Source of the DNA: Ramazzottius varieornatus
Lineage: Eukaryota; Animalia; Tardigrada
Length of the DNA stretch: 64,000 bases
Reading direction: 5' to 3'
NCBI GenBank assembly: GCA_001949185.1
Contig: BDGG01000004.1
Coordinates: 1,265,620 to 1,329,619 of the forward strand
Positions 62,458 to 64,000 of this stretch are shown here, in pieces. A program made the translations under genes and the position numbers. The first letter of the stretch is position 1, and each line of letters starts with the position of its first letter. The notes under the pieces are model-generated. The model was given only the letters and a program-made list of their open reading frames with translations, had not been told where the DNA came from and did not search any database.

Positions 62458-64000
62458 TCATAGTATGACACAGCAGCGACAGATACGTTGCCGAGGCGTG
62501 GGAGCCGCCACCGGTGGCGTAGGAGGTGGAAAGTAGTACAAAACCTAAGACACAAATTCCACACCTTATTGATGTGCGAGGATATCGAGAGCACATACTG
62601 AAGTTCAAGCAATTGTTAGAATTTGAAATTGTTTCAATTATATTTCTATTCAGTTTTTTATATTAAATTTTTGATTTTCAGGTTGTGAATAACATGGAAG
62701 ATCAGCAAACGCAAAATGCTAGATCGTTATCAAGTGGAGCACGCTTTCATTGTTACCGGCTGAAAGCGTACGCCATTTGAAACAACGTTCTTGGATGTTT
62801 CGTTTGCGGCCGGGCCTCCCACGTCTTCTTGATTACCTTAGCGTGGGGCAGCTTGGCTTTCAGCTGTCGAACCGCGGGCTTGGTGACACCCTGGCAGTCG
62901 TACAGGTCGATGCGTTGCAGACTGGTGACGGTCGCCAGCGCGGTCAGGGAAGCATCACTGATGGAAGGGCAGTTATCCACTTCCAGGACCTTGAGGGTAC
63001 CACCTCGAGCCGCAGCTCCCTGGGCCAAAGCCTGGACACCTTCGTCCGAGATCAGTTCGCAGTGGGACAGACAGAGGCGCTCGACACTGTGACAGAACTC
63101 AGCGATGCTGATGAGGGTGTTGTCACTGATGTGGGCGCATTCTTCCATGTCTAGATACTGCAGGAAACGACACGCTCGACAGAGAGCGCTGAAACCCTCA
63201 TCTCCCATCTCTGTACAGCCTGAACGGAACCAGAAACAATCAATTCCCTTACCCACATCATCGCTTTTACCGAAAATGGTTTTTCACATGTAGCGACCCT
63301 CAACATAATTTTTCCAAATTGCTAGTTGCTTTTTCTATTTTATCTATATTTTGTTACCTGCCACTTCGAGGGTTTTCAGTTTGGGACAGGAATGGGCCAA
63401 GGCGACAAGACTATCGTCAGTCAAGCGCGGGCAGTGGGCTAACGAGATGTGTTCAAGAATGTAGCAGTTCTTAGCCAGGAACTTTATTCCCTGGTCCGTT
63501 ATGTCCGCACAACTGTTCAAGTTGACTGACTCCAGCTCGATGCAGTTCTCGCCAAGAGCTCGCAAACACTCGTCCCTGCAAAGAAAAAGGTCAAGTCAGT
63601 CACCAATGTTGATTTTTCTCCAATGCAGAACATGCCTTTTTTCTACGAAAAAAACGCTGCCAAGTCCGCGCTGGCACTAACTTGATAGGCATCTTCGTAA
63701 AAAAGGCAGAATTAGAAACTCACCAGACATACTCGTCAGGACTGTTCCCCGAGTGGCGCACGCTTCCATCGGTAGTGGCTGAAAGCGTGAGCCACTTGGG
63801 AAAACAAGCTTGTCGAGTCTGCTCGCCTAGAGATCTCAGCGACAATGCTGCACATTCCGAGAAAGAAGCGGTCAGACTATGTTAGAACGTAGATTACTTG
63901 ATGTTTCTTACTTGATGTTCGGACATCCTTTGGCCGTGAAGGTCTTTAGTTGGGTACAGCGCGTGGCCAGGGAAGTGATGCCTTGTTCGGAGATGCGTTC
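62458..64000 (-). CDS. FBXL20: F-box/LRR protein FBXL2/FBXL20 family, 3' part; 5' end outside the window
   Basis: Cys-containing LRRs (LDMEECAHISDNTL, LCLSHCELISDEGV, LEVDNCPSISD, IDLYDCQGVT) and last exon 62544-62458 VLYYFPPPTPP...RQRICRCCVIL* ending in the family CAAX box. Confidence 0.9.
62694..62821. repeat. Palindromic dispersed element, copy 18 (spacer 25 nt), FBXL intron
   Basis: AGATCGTTATCAAGTGGAGCAC-GCTTTCATTGTTACCGGCTGAAAGC-GTACGCCATTTGAAACAACGTTCT. Confidence 0.8.
63725..63838. repeat. Palindromic dispersed element, copy 19 (spacer 25 nt), FBXL intron
   Basis: ACTCGTCAGGACTGTTCCCCGAGTGGCGCAC-N25-GTGAGCCACTTGGGAAAACAAGCTTGTCGAGT. Confidence 0.8.

Noticed and set aside
62753-62836. 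ORF-track C-terminus of FBXL (VIKKTWEARPQ...)
   Set aside because: This is intron read-through; the spliced last exon (62544-62458) restores the conserved CRCCVIL CAAX end.
15357-63838. Conserved repeats with constant-length variable spacers suggested a CRISPR-like array
   Set aside because: The repeats are inverted pairs dispersed singly in eukaryotic introns and intergenic DNA, the spacers are homologous to each other, and there are no cas genes.

Overview
Eukaryotic (metazoan) genomic DNA from a very compact genome: GT-AG introns mostly 55-110 bp, many head-to-head and tail-to-tail gene pairs. Gene content (CCAP receptor, arthropod-type Sp6-9 box, Wurst/DNAJC22) points to a panarthropod; a tardigrade such as Ramazzottius is plausible but is inference only. 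About 19 protein-coding genes were reconstructed by hand, in order: Ly6/quiver-like (3' end), USP39, MED11, an atypical C2H2 protein, PPIL4, Sp6-9, ARPC5, a BET bromodomain protein, UPF3, ADP/ATP translocase, haspin, PFDN4-like, COX20, CCAP receptor, an FN3+ZP-N membrane protein, DNAJC22, a small 2-TM orphan and FBXL2/20 (5' end outside the window). Mobile DNA comprises a decayed two-gene PIF/Harbinger transposon (8149-11604), three TA-flanked MITE-like elements, and probable CR1/L2 LINE and hAT remnants. The most striking unannotated structure is a dispersed ~120-130 bp palindromic element found 19 times, with a conserved AAGTGGCGCAC...GTGCGCCACTT core and a sequence-variable spacer that is 25 nt long in 14 of 19 copies. 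A second candidate is a possibly dicistronic PFDN4-COX20 unit (61-nt gap). No tRNA, rRNA or CRISPR features were found. Exon boundaries and counts were read by eye.
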